Below are positions 20,995 through 30,613 of a stretch of 64,000 bases of DNA, one piece after another (position 1 is the first letter of the stretch; each line of letters opens with the position of its first letter). Position numbers and translations under genes: made by a program. This DNA is from an uncultured Chitinophagaceae bacterium. GTDB lineage: Bacteria; Bacteroidota; Bacteroidia; Chitinophagales; Chitinophagaceae. The stretch spans positions 43,613 to 107,612 of the forward strand of contig CAYPET010000003.1 of the NCBI GenBank assembly GCA_964409905.1. The letters run 5' to 3'. Under the pieces are notes generated by a model that made no database searches, had not been told where the DNA came from, and saw nothing but the letters and a program-made list of their open reading frames with translations.

Positions 20995-21143
20995 ATTGAT
21001 GATGATAATGTCAATGCCAACTTTGACAAACTCCAAACCTTGCGCGATGCAACCGCTTTTGTAGCCAAAAATGGCAAGCGCTTTGACTTTAATTCGTACT
21101 CCAATAAACTATTCTAATAATTAATTAGTTTTTTACAAAGGCT

Positions 21144-21749
21144 CTAAGACGATTGCTCGTTTATTAGCTCTTCCATAAAGGTCAGTATGGCCTTATTTCC
21201 TTTTTTCTTAACCGAAGAAGTCAAAAAAGTCGGTGGCAATTCTTCCCAATACTCAAGTAAGGCTGATTGAAAGGCTTGAATATTCTGTTGCACTGCAGAT
21301 TGTGTGCTTTTGTCCGATTTTGTAAAAACAATGGCAAAAGGCACTTGGCGCTCTCCCAAAGCATTGATAAAATCTAAATCAATTTTTTGCGGCTTATGCC
21401 GACTATCCACCAGAGCGAACAAACACCGCAAATTGGTACGTTCCTCCAGATAATCCCATATCATTTTATGAAAAGCATCCCGTTGCTTTTTTGAAACTTT
21501 GGCATAACCATATCCGGGCAAATCCACCCAAAATAGTTTACCCTTATTAATATCAAAATGATTAATCATTTGGGTTTTCCCTGGCGAACCCGATGTTTTT
21601 GCTAATTCCTTTTGATTGGCCAACATGTTGATTAAACTAGATTTGCCTACATTACTCCTGCCAATAAAAGCAAACTCCGGCCTATCGCCAGTAGGACACA
21701 GTGCTACTCGGGGACTGCTAAGTAAGTATGTAGCTTGATGAATATCCAT
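21144..21749 (-). CDS. engB: Ribosome-biogenesis GTPase EngB/YihA
   Basis: G1 motif GRSNVGKSS and G3 motif DLPGYGY. The ATG at 21749 gives about 201 aa; the longer track ORF has an implausible N-terminus. Confidence 0.92.
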   Translation of the reverse strand: MDIHQATYLLSSPRVALCPTGDRPEFAFIGRSNVGKSSLINMLANQKELAKTSGSPGKTQMINHFDINKGKLFWVDLPGYGYAKVSKKQRDAFHKMIWDYLEERTNLRCLFALVDSRHKPQKIDLDFINALGERQVPFAIVFTKSDKSTQSAVQQNIQAFQSALLEYWEELPPTFLTSSVKKKGNKAILTFMEELINEQSS

Positions 21750-21898
21750 CGATGAGTCATGCAAAATACTACTGATTTCAAGGAATAGAACCAACAGACT
21801 GATTTTTCTACTTTTTGTAAAACAAAAGTCATTTTGACATCTCCTAACATTTGGTTTTGGGAAATGAAATTTCAGGGCCATAACTTTGACATCCGATA

Positions 21899-22621
21899 AT
21901 GCAAGTAGTCCCTAATGCCACCTCGGCTGAAAGCAAAAAAAAACAAGTTGAGCATATGTTTGATGACATTGCTCCAAAGTATGACTTATTAAACCGTATA
22001 CTGTCACTAAGAATCGATACGATCTGGCGCAAACAAGTGCGTAAACTATTAGCACCCCACCGCCCTTCAATTATTTTGGATGTCGCTACAGGGACAGGTG
22101 ATTTAGCCATAGAACTTGCAAAACTGCACCCGAAGCAAATTGTAGGCATCGATATATCCGCACAAATGATATCCTTTGGCAATAAAAAATTAAAGTCCAA
22201 AAACATGGATACGATTATCCAATTACGCAAAGGAGATAGCGAAAATATTGAATTTGATCTAGATACTTTTGATGCTGCAACCGTAGCTTTTGGTGTGCGG
22301 AATTTTGAAAATTTAGAAAAAGGCCTTTCCGAAATACAGCGCGTATTGAAACCAGGAGGAGCATTTATTATTTTAGAATTTTCAAAAGTTAAACATTTTC
22401 CAATCAAACAATTGTATAATTTCTACTTCCGTTATATCACTCCTACAATAGGAAAACTATTGAGTAAAAACAAAGAAGCCTATACTTACTTGCCAAATAG
22501 TGTGGCTGTTTTTCCGGAAGGTGAGGAAATGTGTTTAATTTTAGAAAAAATAGGATTTAAAGAGGTCGTATGCAAAAGCCTAACATTTGGAGTAGCCAGT
22601 ATCTATTACTGCAAAAAATAG
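21899..22621 (+). CDS. ubiE: Demethylmenaquinone/ubiquinone C-methyltransferase
   Basis: VEHMFDDIAPKYDLLN, the SAM motif LDVATGTGD, and KPGGAFIILEFS. Confidence 0.92.
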   Translation: MQVVPNATSAESKKKQVEHMFDDIAPKYDLLNRILSLRIDTIWRKQVRKLLAPHRPSIILDVATGTGDLAIELAKLHPKQIVGIDISAQMISFGNKKLKSKNMDTIIQLRKGDSENIEFDLDTFDAATVAFGVRNFENLEKGLSEIQRVLKPGGAFIILEFSKVKHFPIKQLYNFYFRYITPTIGKLLSKNKEAYTYLPNSVAVFPEGEEMCLILEKIGFKEVVCKSLTFGVASIYYCKK

Positions 22622-23325
22622 CAATACTTGCCGTGCTATCTTGTTTTATAGGGGTGCATCATCTCTATGCTCAAGGTGAAAATATGAATAATCGTGAGCA
22701 TGACTCAAAGAAGTTCTATTTTGGTATTACCATAGGATTCAACTCTTCATCGTATAAAATAAATCATGACAAATGGTTTATTGACTACGACAGCATTAAG
22801 GAAATAACCCCACTTTGGAAACCCGGTATTCAATTAGGCATTATGGGTAATATGCGTTTAAGTAGTTTTATTGATGTGCGCACTATACCTTCATTTGTGC
22901 TTCGTGAAAAATCCGTACGGTTTACACTAAATGACATCAATAACCCCGGCCAAGATTCATTGGTTAACAGTGCATTTGAGTCCATACTATTTCATTGGCC
23001 TTTCGAGTTCAAATTTAAAAGTGATAGACAGAACAACTTCAGATTTTATGCTTTGCTGGGCGGAAAAGTTGATTATGATTTCAATTCTGCAGCTAACAGA
23101 AGGCGGCAAGAAGATTTACTGCATGTAAAACCTTTTGACTATGGCGCTAGTGCTGGTTTAGGATTTGAATTTTATTTTCCCAATTTTATTTTGGCACCTG
23201 AAATTAAATTTTCTCAAGGACTACGCAATATTTTGGATCGGCAGGATGGTGACTTGCAGACGGTACGGGCGATTGAAACACTAAACACTCGTATGGTGAT
23301 TTTTAGCTTGCATATACAAGGATAA
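22570..23325 (+). CDS. porT: PorT/SprT-family outer-membrane beta-barrel protein (T9SS-associated family)
   Basis: Signal-like N-terminus, about 250 aa of beta-barrel pattern, and a position directly after ubiE as in many Bacteroidota (from memory). The ATG at 22570 overlaps ubiE by 52 nt, so the start is uncertain. Confidence 0.6.
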   Translation: MQKPNIWSSQYLLLQKIAILAVLSCFIGVHHLYAQGENMNNREHDSKKFYFGITIGFNSSSYKINHDKWFIDYDSIKEITPLWKPGIQLGIMGNMRLSSFIDVRTIPSFVLREKSVRFTLNDINNPGQDSLVNSAFESILFHWPFEFKFKSDRQNNFRFYALLGGKVDYDFNSAANRRRQEDLLHVKPFDYGASAGLGFEFYFPNFILAPEIKFSQGLRNILDRQDGDLQTVRAIETLNTRMVIFSLHIQG

Positions 23326-23437
23326 CGCCGTTTCTTTCAACCCATTCCACGGAAAGTCGGACAATCTTGTATGCTTATAAAATTAATCCTTTTTACTTGA
23401 GAAACAGATTGAATAGTTAACAAATAACCATACTATA

Positions 23438-23468
23438 GAAAACGCCTCCAGCAAGTGGAGGCGTTTTC
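23438..23468. terminator. Bidirectional intrinsic terminator between porT and ftsZ
   Basis: 12-bp stem gaaaacgcctcc/ggaggcgttttc with a 7-nt loop. The arms carry A/T runs that work in both directions. Confidence 0.75.
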
Positions 23469-23490
23469 TATACCATAAATCTAAAATCAA

Positions 23491-25410
23491 TTAATCAGGA
23501 TAATCACCATTTAAAAAGTTATTCAAGGTGCTAAAGTTGCTATCCAAATTATTACGTCGATCAGTTATTTGGGTTCCCGAAATATGCTCATCCTCAGAAC
23601 TCGGATGATCATCTAATTGAATATTATTTCGTTGATAGGAAGGAATTTCTTCATCTTCTTGCTGTTCTTCCGGCTGATTTACATTAAAACTTAACGAACG
23701 TAAACGAGCAGCCCGCTCATCAAATGCTCTTTTCTGCAATTCAAAATTAGCCTCCTGTTCCAATTCATATTCAGTTAGTACGCGGTTGCCTTTCTTACGT
23801 GGTAACGTTATTCCTTTAATTGTTACAAATTCAGGCTCATGATTAATTTCTTGATTTGTGGGTTCATTCACAACTTCTTGAATATACTCAGTTGTATTTT
23901 GAACACTGCCCAAATCATTATTTGTCACCTCAAAAATAATTTCCTGAGATGGCAACTCATCATCGGCTTTCTCTATCAATTGAAAATTATTTGCTTCAAT
24001 TTCCGCTGATACTATTTCTTGTTCAGGCGCTATAGCTTCAGGAGCAACAACATGCTCAGACTCGCCTTCTAGGTGCCCTTCATCAATGGGCAATGTATCT
24101 ATCATTTCCTCCAATAACGGTTCAATGGTCAAAGCTTCGGCATAAAAGTCATCAGCAGTTAAATGTATAATTTCTCGTTCCAATGGTTTTTCTTCGCGCA
24201 CCTTACCTAAACCTTGCGATAGCGCGTGCACCGCAGGCGGTGCCGAATCTTCAATAGTATGAATGGTGGGTGTCATATCATGCACTTCGTGAAATGATTG
24301 TAAACTATCCTTTACCGCTGCCTTGGCTGATACCCAAGAGTCGCTACTGCCTGATATTTTTTCAGTTGCGGTGCCGTTTTCGCTAAGTGATACTACCACC
24401 CTGTTTTTAGCGGCGTGTACATCTTCGAATGAAGTTTTCGGATCATTTGTTTCAAAACCGGTTGCAATCACGGTGATGCTAATTTCCTCACCAAGCTCAT
24501 CATCATAGCCCATACCCAGTATCAAATCACAATCTTCTCCTGCTTGGTCTTGGACATAGGCTTGAATCATCTCCATCTCGTCAAGCGTATGTTCATGTTG
24601 CCCGCGCGATGAATTTACATTTAATAATATCCATTGTGCACCTTTGATATCGCGGTCATTAAGTAGTGGTGAACTTAATGCTTCTTGTACAGCTTCGGCC
24701 GCACGATTTTCACCACTGGCGCGTGCACTGCCCAATATAGCAGAGCCCCCATCCCGCATAACAGTACAAACATCTGCAAAGTCTACCACGATATGTCCTT
24801 TGGAAGAGATAACATCAGTTATGCATTTTGCTGCAGTAGCTAAGATGTCATCTGCTTTGGCAAATGCTTCAGAGATGGCTACATTACCAAAATGTTGCCT
24901 TACTTTATCATTTGATATTACCAATAGCGTGTCCACATTTTGTTGCAACTCTCTTATCCCCTCCTCGGCATATAACTTACGTTTTCTACCTTCATAAGAA
25001 AATGGTGTGGTAACAATACCGACAGTTAGCGCACCCATATCTTTAGCTATTTTAGCTACAATGGGTGCAGCACCCGTGCCTGTACCACCGCCCATACCGG
25101 CTGTTACAAATACCATTTGGGTATTTTCGCCAAAGGCCTTTTTGATTTCGTCAATGCTTTCTTGGCTAGCCTCGCGACCAACCTCAGGTTTCGCACCGGC
25201 CCCTAGGCCTTGGGTAAGCGTAGGGCCCAACTGCACTTTGGTAGGTACAGGGCTCTGGCTCAAGGCTTTCATATCAGTATTGCATAATATAAAATCGACA
25301 TCGTCTATGCCGAGATTATACATATGGTTGACGGCATTTCCGCCGCCGCCACCAACACCAATAACCTTAATAATACTTTCGTTGTTTTGTGGTAATTCAA
25401 ATTCGATCAT
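23491..25410 (-). CDS. ftsZ: Cell-division GTPase FtsZ with a long acidic C-terminal linker
   Basis: GGGTGTGAAP tubulin signature and NTDMKAL. 639 aa; the core ends near VIATGFE. Confidence 0.97.
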   Translation of the reverse strand: MIEFELPQNNESIIKVIGVGGGGGNAVNHMYNLGIDDVDFILCNTDMKALSQSPVPTKVQLGPTLTQGLGAGAKPEVGREASQESIDEIKKAFGENTQMVFVTAGMGGGTGTGAAPIVAKIAKDMGALTVGIVTTPFSYEGRKRKLYAEEGIRELQQNVDTLLVISNDKVRQHFGNVAISEAFAKADDILATAAKCITDVISSKGHIVVDFADVCTVMRDGGSAILGSARASGENRAAEAVQEALSSPLLNDRDIKGAQWILLNVNSSRGQHEHTLDEMEMIQAYVQDQAGEDCDLILGMGYDDELGEEISITVIATGFETNDPKTSFEDVHAAKNRVVVSLSENGTATEKISGSSDSWVSAKAAVKDSLQSFHEVHDMTPTIHTIEDSAPPAVHALSQGLGKVREEKPLEREIIHLTADDFYAEALTIEPLLEEMIDTLPIDEGHLEGESEHVVAPEAIAPEQEIVSAEIEANNFQLIEKADDELPSQEIIFEVTNNDLGSVQNTTEYIQEVVNEPTNQEINHEPEFVTIKGITLPRKKGNRVLTEYELEQEANFELQKRAFDERAARLRSLSFNVNQPEEQQEDEEIPSYQRNNIQLDDHPSSEDEHISGTQITDRRNNLDSNFSTLNNFLNGDYPD

Positions 25411-25451
25411 GATTTATGGATTTTTGTTTGTTAAATTTTATGGGTTAGTTA

Positions 25452-27035
25452 CTATTTTAATTCTTGATCATCTTGATCATCAAATATTTGCATGATGTTT
25501 TTATTTATTGTCCCGAAAATTCGCCTCAAGGTACTTTCTCTATTCGGCTTCCTTTTCTTCGTTTCAGACTCTTCAGTTGTCATATCTTCTGAAATAGGAT
25601 AGAATGGATTGCTATCGTTTTGTAGTTCATTTTTATCCTGGCTTACAGTGAACAACATATCATTTGCTTGTTCTTCTTCAGTATGATTACTAATTTCATC
25701 AGATGTTTGAATCGTACTAGTAGGAAAAAGTGTAGCTAATTGATTTGAAACAGACTCATCATTTTCTGCAATTCCCGTGCTGGTATTTTCAAAACTTTCT
25801 TCATAAAGCGTATTGGCAGTATGGTTGGCAAAACGATTATTTTCAATATCATCATAGCCGCGCAGTATCAAACCGATACAAGTAGCAAACATTGGCTGAT
25901 TAAGTTGATCAGCTACCGCACCTGATATATGCTGACCTGGATAACCTATTCGCGCGGGCATACCAAGCTTATATTCGTTTAATTGTTTTAGATGCTTTAA
26001 TTGTGAGCCACCACCTGTAAGAATCACCCCACCATGCAGTTTATCTTCCAGGTTCAATTGACGCAAATTATGTAATACGCGATCTAAAATTTCTTCCATT
26101 CTTGCCTGGATAATTTTGGCAAGGTTCTTTGCTGAAATCTCTTTTGGTTTATGTCCTCGTATGCTGGGTATGGAAATGAAAGTATTGCTGCTCACTTCGT
26201 CTGCCAGCGCTACTCCATATTGTTTTTTCATGAGTTCCGCTTGCGACTTCAATACACCTAAACCACTTTTGATATCTTGGGTGATATTGACCCCTGCGCG
26301 AGGTATTACTGCAGTATGTTTGATAATACCATCATGAAACACTGCCAAGTCAGTTGTCCCACCACCAATGTCAATAATGGCTACACCCATCTCAATATCT
26401 TCAGGACTCATTACCGCAGCGGCTGAGGCTAAAGGTTGTAGTTCAAAATCTTTTATCACCAATGCTGATCTGGTAACAGCACGATTGATATTTTTTATGG
26501 CATCCTTATCTGCTGTTATGATATGGAAATTGGCTCGCAGATTATTCGCACTCATGCCAACCACTTCTTCACGCAAAAAAGGTCCGTGGCTATCTATCAT
26601 AAATTCTTGCGGTATAACATCAATTATTTGATCACCGGGATGGATAGCTGTTTTGAATTGCTCTTTAATCAAGAGTTCAACATCTTTGTTTGAGACTACT
26701 TCATCCTCATTCTGAATAACGCGCTTGCCTTGTGTTTGAATGCTTTTTATATGATGACCAGCTACTCCAACATAAACCTCTTTAATTTCAAGATATGGGT
26801 TACGTTCATGGCAATCTTGCAAGGCTGCTTCAATACATTTGTTGCACTCCTCAATGTTGAGGACCATGCCATGATTTACACCACTGCTATTGCTAAATCC
26901 ATGGCCGAGAATTTCGATTTTATTAAATTCATTTTTACGGCCTGCAATGGCAACAATTTTTGTTGTGCCTATATCAAGACCAACGATGATTGGGTTCAGA
27001 TTCTTGTTATTTGATTGCATGTGTTCTGTGTTCAT
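25452..27035 (-). CDS. ftsA: Cell-division protein FtsA with an extended C-terminal tail
   Basis: Actin-like fold motifs (VGLDIGTTK, IDIGGGTTD, GGGSQL) and a terminal amphipathic LRRIFGTINKNIMQIF. Confidence 0.95.
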   Translation of the reverse strand: MNTEHMQSNNKNLNPIIVGLDIGTTKIVAIAGRKNEFNKIEILGHGFSNSSGVNHGMVLNIEECNKCIEAALQDCHERNPYLEIKEVYVGVAGHHIKSIQTQGKRVIQNEDEVVSNKDVELLIKEQFKTAIHPGDQIIDVIPQEFMIDSHGPFLREEVVGMSANNLRANFHIITADKDAIKNINRAVTRSALVIKDFELQPLASAAAVMSPEDIEMGVAIIDIGGGTTDLAVFHDGIIKHTAVIPRAGVNITQDIKSGLGVLKSQAELMKKQYGVALADEVSSNTFISIPSIRGHKPKEISAKNLAKIIQARMEEILDRVLHNLRQLNLEDKLHGGVILTGGGSQLKHLKQLNEYKLGMPARIGYPGQHISGAVADQLNQPMFATCIGLILRGYDDIENNRFANHTANTLYEESFENTSTGIAENDESVSNQLATLFPTSTIQTSDEISNHTEEEQANDMLFTVSQDKNELQNDSNPFYPISEDMTTEESETKKRKPNRESTLRRIFGTINKNIMQIFDDQDDQELK

Positions 27036-27046
27036 TATTGTGGTTC

Positions 27047-28177
27047 TTATTTTAGGGTTTGAGGTTCTGTGTCGATAATGATATCGTTGTTTTCTTTTTT
27101 ACTTGTTTTGGGTATCGATTTTTTCAAATTTTGCTCGGTGCCTGAAGCTGTTCTGTTTACCACCTCCTTAGTTGACTGCTCATTCTCACTTGTTTCTTTT
27201 GATTTGCTTTCTTTAACGACAGGCTCATCTTCACGGTCTTGTAGAGTTGTACTAGCTGATACTGCATCAGAATATGTAGCCGGCTTGCTATTATTTGACT
27301 TAGCAGTTCTATTGGTCGGAACATTTAGTTTGGCCAATTGTGATATGTTTGAATTTGATGCCGGTATCGTTTTAGCTTTAGCATACAGCGTAGGTACTTG
27401 TGTTTCTTCCAACTGATGCTCTTTATGATACCTGCGGCAAACGAGTTGTTTTGCAAAACGCACATCCAATTCTTTTACGTTTTCCCAATTAATGCGATTA
27501 ATCCCTTTTTTATAAAAATGAAATAGTCGGAAAAATTTATCTTCCATGTTTTCAGTGGTTCCAAAACGCACATTGGCATTGCCAATTAAACTAATCAATT
27601 CAATATCATTGTTTGTATCTAAATTAATTTGTGAGATAGTGGCACGCCAAAAAGTATCTTGTTCGATATACTGAGCTAAGGCAACCAATTCTTTTCGTTG
27701 CTGAATGGATGTAATGCGCCGCTGTGTAGTGAGTATGGGCAAATCAGGATAAAATTTGCGGGACAAGGGAATCATGAATCCTCTTTTGTCCAGAAAATAC
27801 CCATTAGCGGTGCTGTCTGTCCGTTGCACGCGAAGCAGGGGTTCATACTGCTTTATTTTTACCCTTATATTTTTGTTAGCTGTAAGATATACCTCTGCTT
27901 GCAGTATCCAGGGATTAGCATTTATATCTTCTTCTAACTGATTGATATTGGTTTTGTAAATATCACTTTGTCCCAAGACAATATTAGATTGTAATACAGT
28001 TTTTGTAATGTCCTCTTTGGTGACAAATTGTAATTCCGGGTTAAGAATTTCTACTTCAATACCACAAACAGTATCATCCTTGCTAATTGTCACCGCAAAA
28101 ACGAATGCCCCAATAATAACAGGCATTGACAACATAAAACCAATGTTTCGCAAGATATTTTTAGTACGACTACCCAT
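27047..28177 (-). CDS. ftsQ: Cell-division protein FtsQ-like (POTRA) with a low-complexity C-terminal tail
   Basis: Single N-terminal TM helix, a POTRA-like region, and a position between murC and ftsA. Confidence 0.8.
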   Translation of the reverse strand: MGSRTKNILRNIGFMLSMPVIIGAFVFAVTISKDDTVCGIEVEILNPELQFVTKEDITKTVLQSNIVLGQSDIYKTNINQLEEDINANPWILQAEVYLTANKNIRVKIKQYEPLLRVQRTDSTANGYFLDKRGFMIPLSRKFYPDLPILTTQRRITSIQQRKELVALAQYIEQDTFWRATISQINLDTNNDIELISLIGNANVRFGTTENMEDKFFRLFHFYKKGINRINWENVKELDVRFAKQLVCRRYHKEHQLEETQVPTLYAKAKTIPASNSNISQLAKLNVPTNRTAKSNNSKPATYSDAVSASTTLQDREDEPVVKESKSKETSENEQSTKEVVNRTASGTEQNLKKSIPKTSKKENNDIIIDTEPQTLK

Positions 28178-29522
28178 TTAATATATTTTTTAATGGTGCT
28201 ACAAGTTGATCAATATCTCCCGCTCCTGCAGTAATCAAAATTTTGGGCTTTTTTGCTTTAGCCCAAGCTAAAACTCCTTCCTTTGATAGTATATGTTTAT
28301 TTTCTATACCCATTTTTTCTATAATAAGCTCACTAGTCACGCCCTGGATTGGCAACTCTCTGGCCGGATAAATATCCAGCAGGATGACCTCATCTGCCAA
28401 ATCCAACGCATGGGCAAAACCTGCTGCATGATCTTTTGTACGGCTAAATAAATGCGGCTGAAATACTACTGCTATTTTTTCGTGACGGAATAAAGTACTT
28501 ACACTTTTTATTAATTGTGAAAGCTCTTCGGGGTGATGGGCATAATCATCTATGTATACGTGATGTTCATTTTTTATTACATACTCAAATCGGCGACGAA
28601 CTCCCTTAAATTGACTCATTACTGCGCCTAGCCTCGTTACATCTGCACCAATAAAATGTCCTACCGCCATGGCCACAACTGCATTTTCAACGTTATGCAT
28701 TCCCCCCATTTGTAACTCTATATGAACCAATTTTTCATTTAGATAGTAAATATCAAAATCATAAGTTCCATTCACGATTCTTATATCCTTAGCATAATAG
28801 GTAGCAGCATCATTCTGAGTGCTATAGCTAATCTTTTTTGACACATCAAAATGTGATGCTTGTTTTAACCCGTGTTTGTAAAACACGACTTCGGTACTCT
28901 TATTTACAAATTGATAGTATGCTTTTTCCATTTCTTCGGGCGTACCGTATATATCCAAGTGGTCCGCATCCATGGAAGTGACAACGGCAATATCAGGAAA
29001 TAGTTTCAGAAAGCTCCGATCGTATTCATCGGCTTCAACCACTACACAATTAGTTTCGCTATAGAGATAATTTGTGTTATAATTTACTGCAACACCTCCT
29101 AGAAAAGCACTGCAACCAAAACCCTCGGCGGTGAGCAAATGAGCTATCATTGAACTAACCGTTGTTTTACCGTGCGTACCAGCTACACAAATCGCACGCT
29201 GACCTTCAGTAATTTTTTGCAAAACATCACTGCGTTTTAACAAGGTATATTGATGCTGTTGATACCATTTAAATTCTTTGTGCGTTGCTGGTATTGCAGG
29301 TGTATATATTACCAACTCCGCATCTTGATCGAGCAATGCAAGATTATCCTCAAAGTGTATATGTATACCCTCCGCCTCCATTTCTTTTGTCAAGCGGGAA
29401 GGCGTTTTATCATAACCTGAAACGGCGCATCCAAGTCGATTGAAGTAGCGGGCCAATGCACTCATTCCGATACCTCCAATACCAATTAAATAAACGCGCG
29501 ATATGTTTTTAAAATCATTCAT
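28170..29522 (-). CDS. murC: UDP-N-acetylmuramate--L-alanine ligase
   Basis: GIGGIGMSALA and GTHGKTT motifs; position in the dcw cluster. Confidence 0.96.
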   Translation of the reverse strand: MNDFKNISRVYLIGIGGIGMSALARYFNRLGCAVSGYDKTPSRLTKEMEAEGIHIHFEDNLALLDQDAELVIYTPAIPATHKEFKWYQQHQYTLLKRSDVLQKITEGQRAICVAGTHGKTTVSSMIAHLLTAEGFGCSAFLGGVAVNYNTNYLYSETNCVVVEADEYDRSFLKLFPDIAVVTSMDADHLDIYGTPEEMEKAYYQFVNKSTEVVFYKHGLKQASHFDVSKKISYSTQNDAATYYAKDIRIVNGTYDFDIYYLNEKLVHIELQMGGMHNVENAVVAMAVGHFIGADVTRLGAVMSQFKGVRRRFEYVIKNEHHVYIDDYAHHPEELSQLIKSVSTLFRHEKIAVVFQPHLFSRTKDHAAGFAHALDLADEVILLDIYPARELPIQGVTSELIIEKMGIENKHILSKEGVLAWAKAKKPKILITAGAGDIDQLVAPLKNILNG

Positions 29523-30610
29523 TATATCAGCTCTAGTATTTTTGTTGCAATGGCCTCATCAGCATTGTTACGTGCTAAGGCTTTAATATTTCTTGAAAGG
29601 CTTTCCTGATTTTCCTGGTTATTAAAAATGCTCATTAAATTGGAGAGTAACTTGCTTTTCACCTCATGGTCGGGCACCATGATGGCTGCATGCTGTTCGA
29701 CCAAGGATTTTGCATTGTGCGTTTGATGATCTTCTGCGGCATAAGGATAAGGTACAAACACAACAGCCTTGCCAACATGGCACAACTCAGCAATCGATAA
29801 TGCCCCCGCCCGACTGACAATTACAGCGGCAGCAGAATATGCCATTTCCATTTCTCTAATGAATTCATAGACTCGCACATGCTCAAACTGATCAGCAATC
29901 TCTTTGGCTTGTTGAAAATATGACTTACCTGTTTGCCATATTATTTGCACTTGCTCACGCTGGAGTTCTGTCAGAATACCGGCGAGGGCTTCATTTATAC
30001 TGTTGGCACCTAAGCTTCCCCCAAATACAAAAAGTGTTTTTCGATCTTCTTCTAGTTTAAAAAAGGTAAGTGCTTCGGCCCGTGTTACACTGATATTTTG
30101 AATATTGGCACGTACAGGATTCCCCATATTAAAAATCTTTTCGATTGGGAAGAACTGCTTCATGCCTTCGTAGGCCGTAAATATTGCCCTTGCTTTTTGG
30201 GCCAGTATTTTATTGCTCTTCCCGGCAAACGAATTTTGCTCTTGTATAACCGTGGGTATGCCAAGGAATTGGGCTACGCGCAATACCGGAAAACTTGCAT
30301 AACCACCAACACCTAAACATATATCAGGCTTAAACGTTTTTATGACTTGGCGCGCTTTGAGCAAACTTTTTATCAACTTGAATGGCAAGGTCAAATTCTT
30401 TAAGAAATTGCTTCGATTCATACCACTGATGTCTAACCCAACAATTTCGTAGCCTTCTTTAGGCACTTTCTCCATCTCCATTTTACCATTGGCACCAACA
30501 AAAAGCAGTTGTATATCCGCATCAATATTCTTGAGAGCATTAGCAATAGCAATAGCTGGAAAGATATGTCCTCCCGTTCCGCCACCTGCTATTATTATTT
30601 TCTTTGCCAT
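29522..30610 (-). CDS. murG: UDP-GlcNAc:undecaprenyl-PP-MurNAc-pentapeptide GlcNAc transferase
   Basis: AGGGTGGHIFPA motif. ATG at 30610; the track starts at a TTG at 30613. Confidence 0.96.
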   Translation of the reverse strand: MAKKIIIAGGGTGGHIFPAIAIANALKNIDADIQLLFVGANGKMEMEKVPKEGYEIVGLDISGMNRSNFLKNLTLPFKLIKSLLKARQVIKTFKPDICLGVGGYASFPVLRVAQFLGIPTVIQEQNSFAGKSNKILAQKARAIFTAYEGMKQFFPIEKIFNMGNPVRANIQNISVTRAEALTFFKLEEDRKTLFVFGGSLGANSINEALAGILTELQREQVQIIWQTGKSYFQQAKEIADQFEHVRVYEFIREMEMAYSAAAVIVSRAGALSIAELCHVGKAVVFVPYPYAAEDHQTHNAKSLVEQHAAIMVPDHEVKSKLLSNLMSIFNNQENQESLSRNIKALARNNADEAIATKILELI

Positions 30611-30613
30611 CAA

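Noticed and set aside
21844-22407. 187-aa minus-strand ORF antisense to ubiE.
   Set aside because: It is a shadow ORF inside a well-supported methyltransferase gene and has no recognisable domains.
24323-25495. Several plus-strand ORFs (61-162 aa) antisense to ftsZ.
   Set aside because: They are shadow ORFs within a conserved gene, with A/P/S-rich low-complexity translations.
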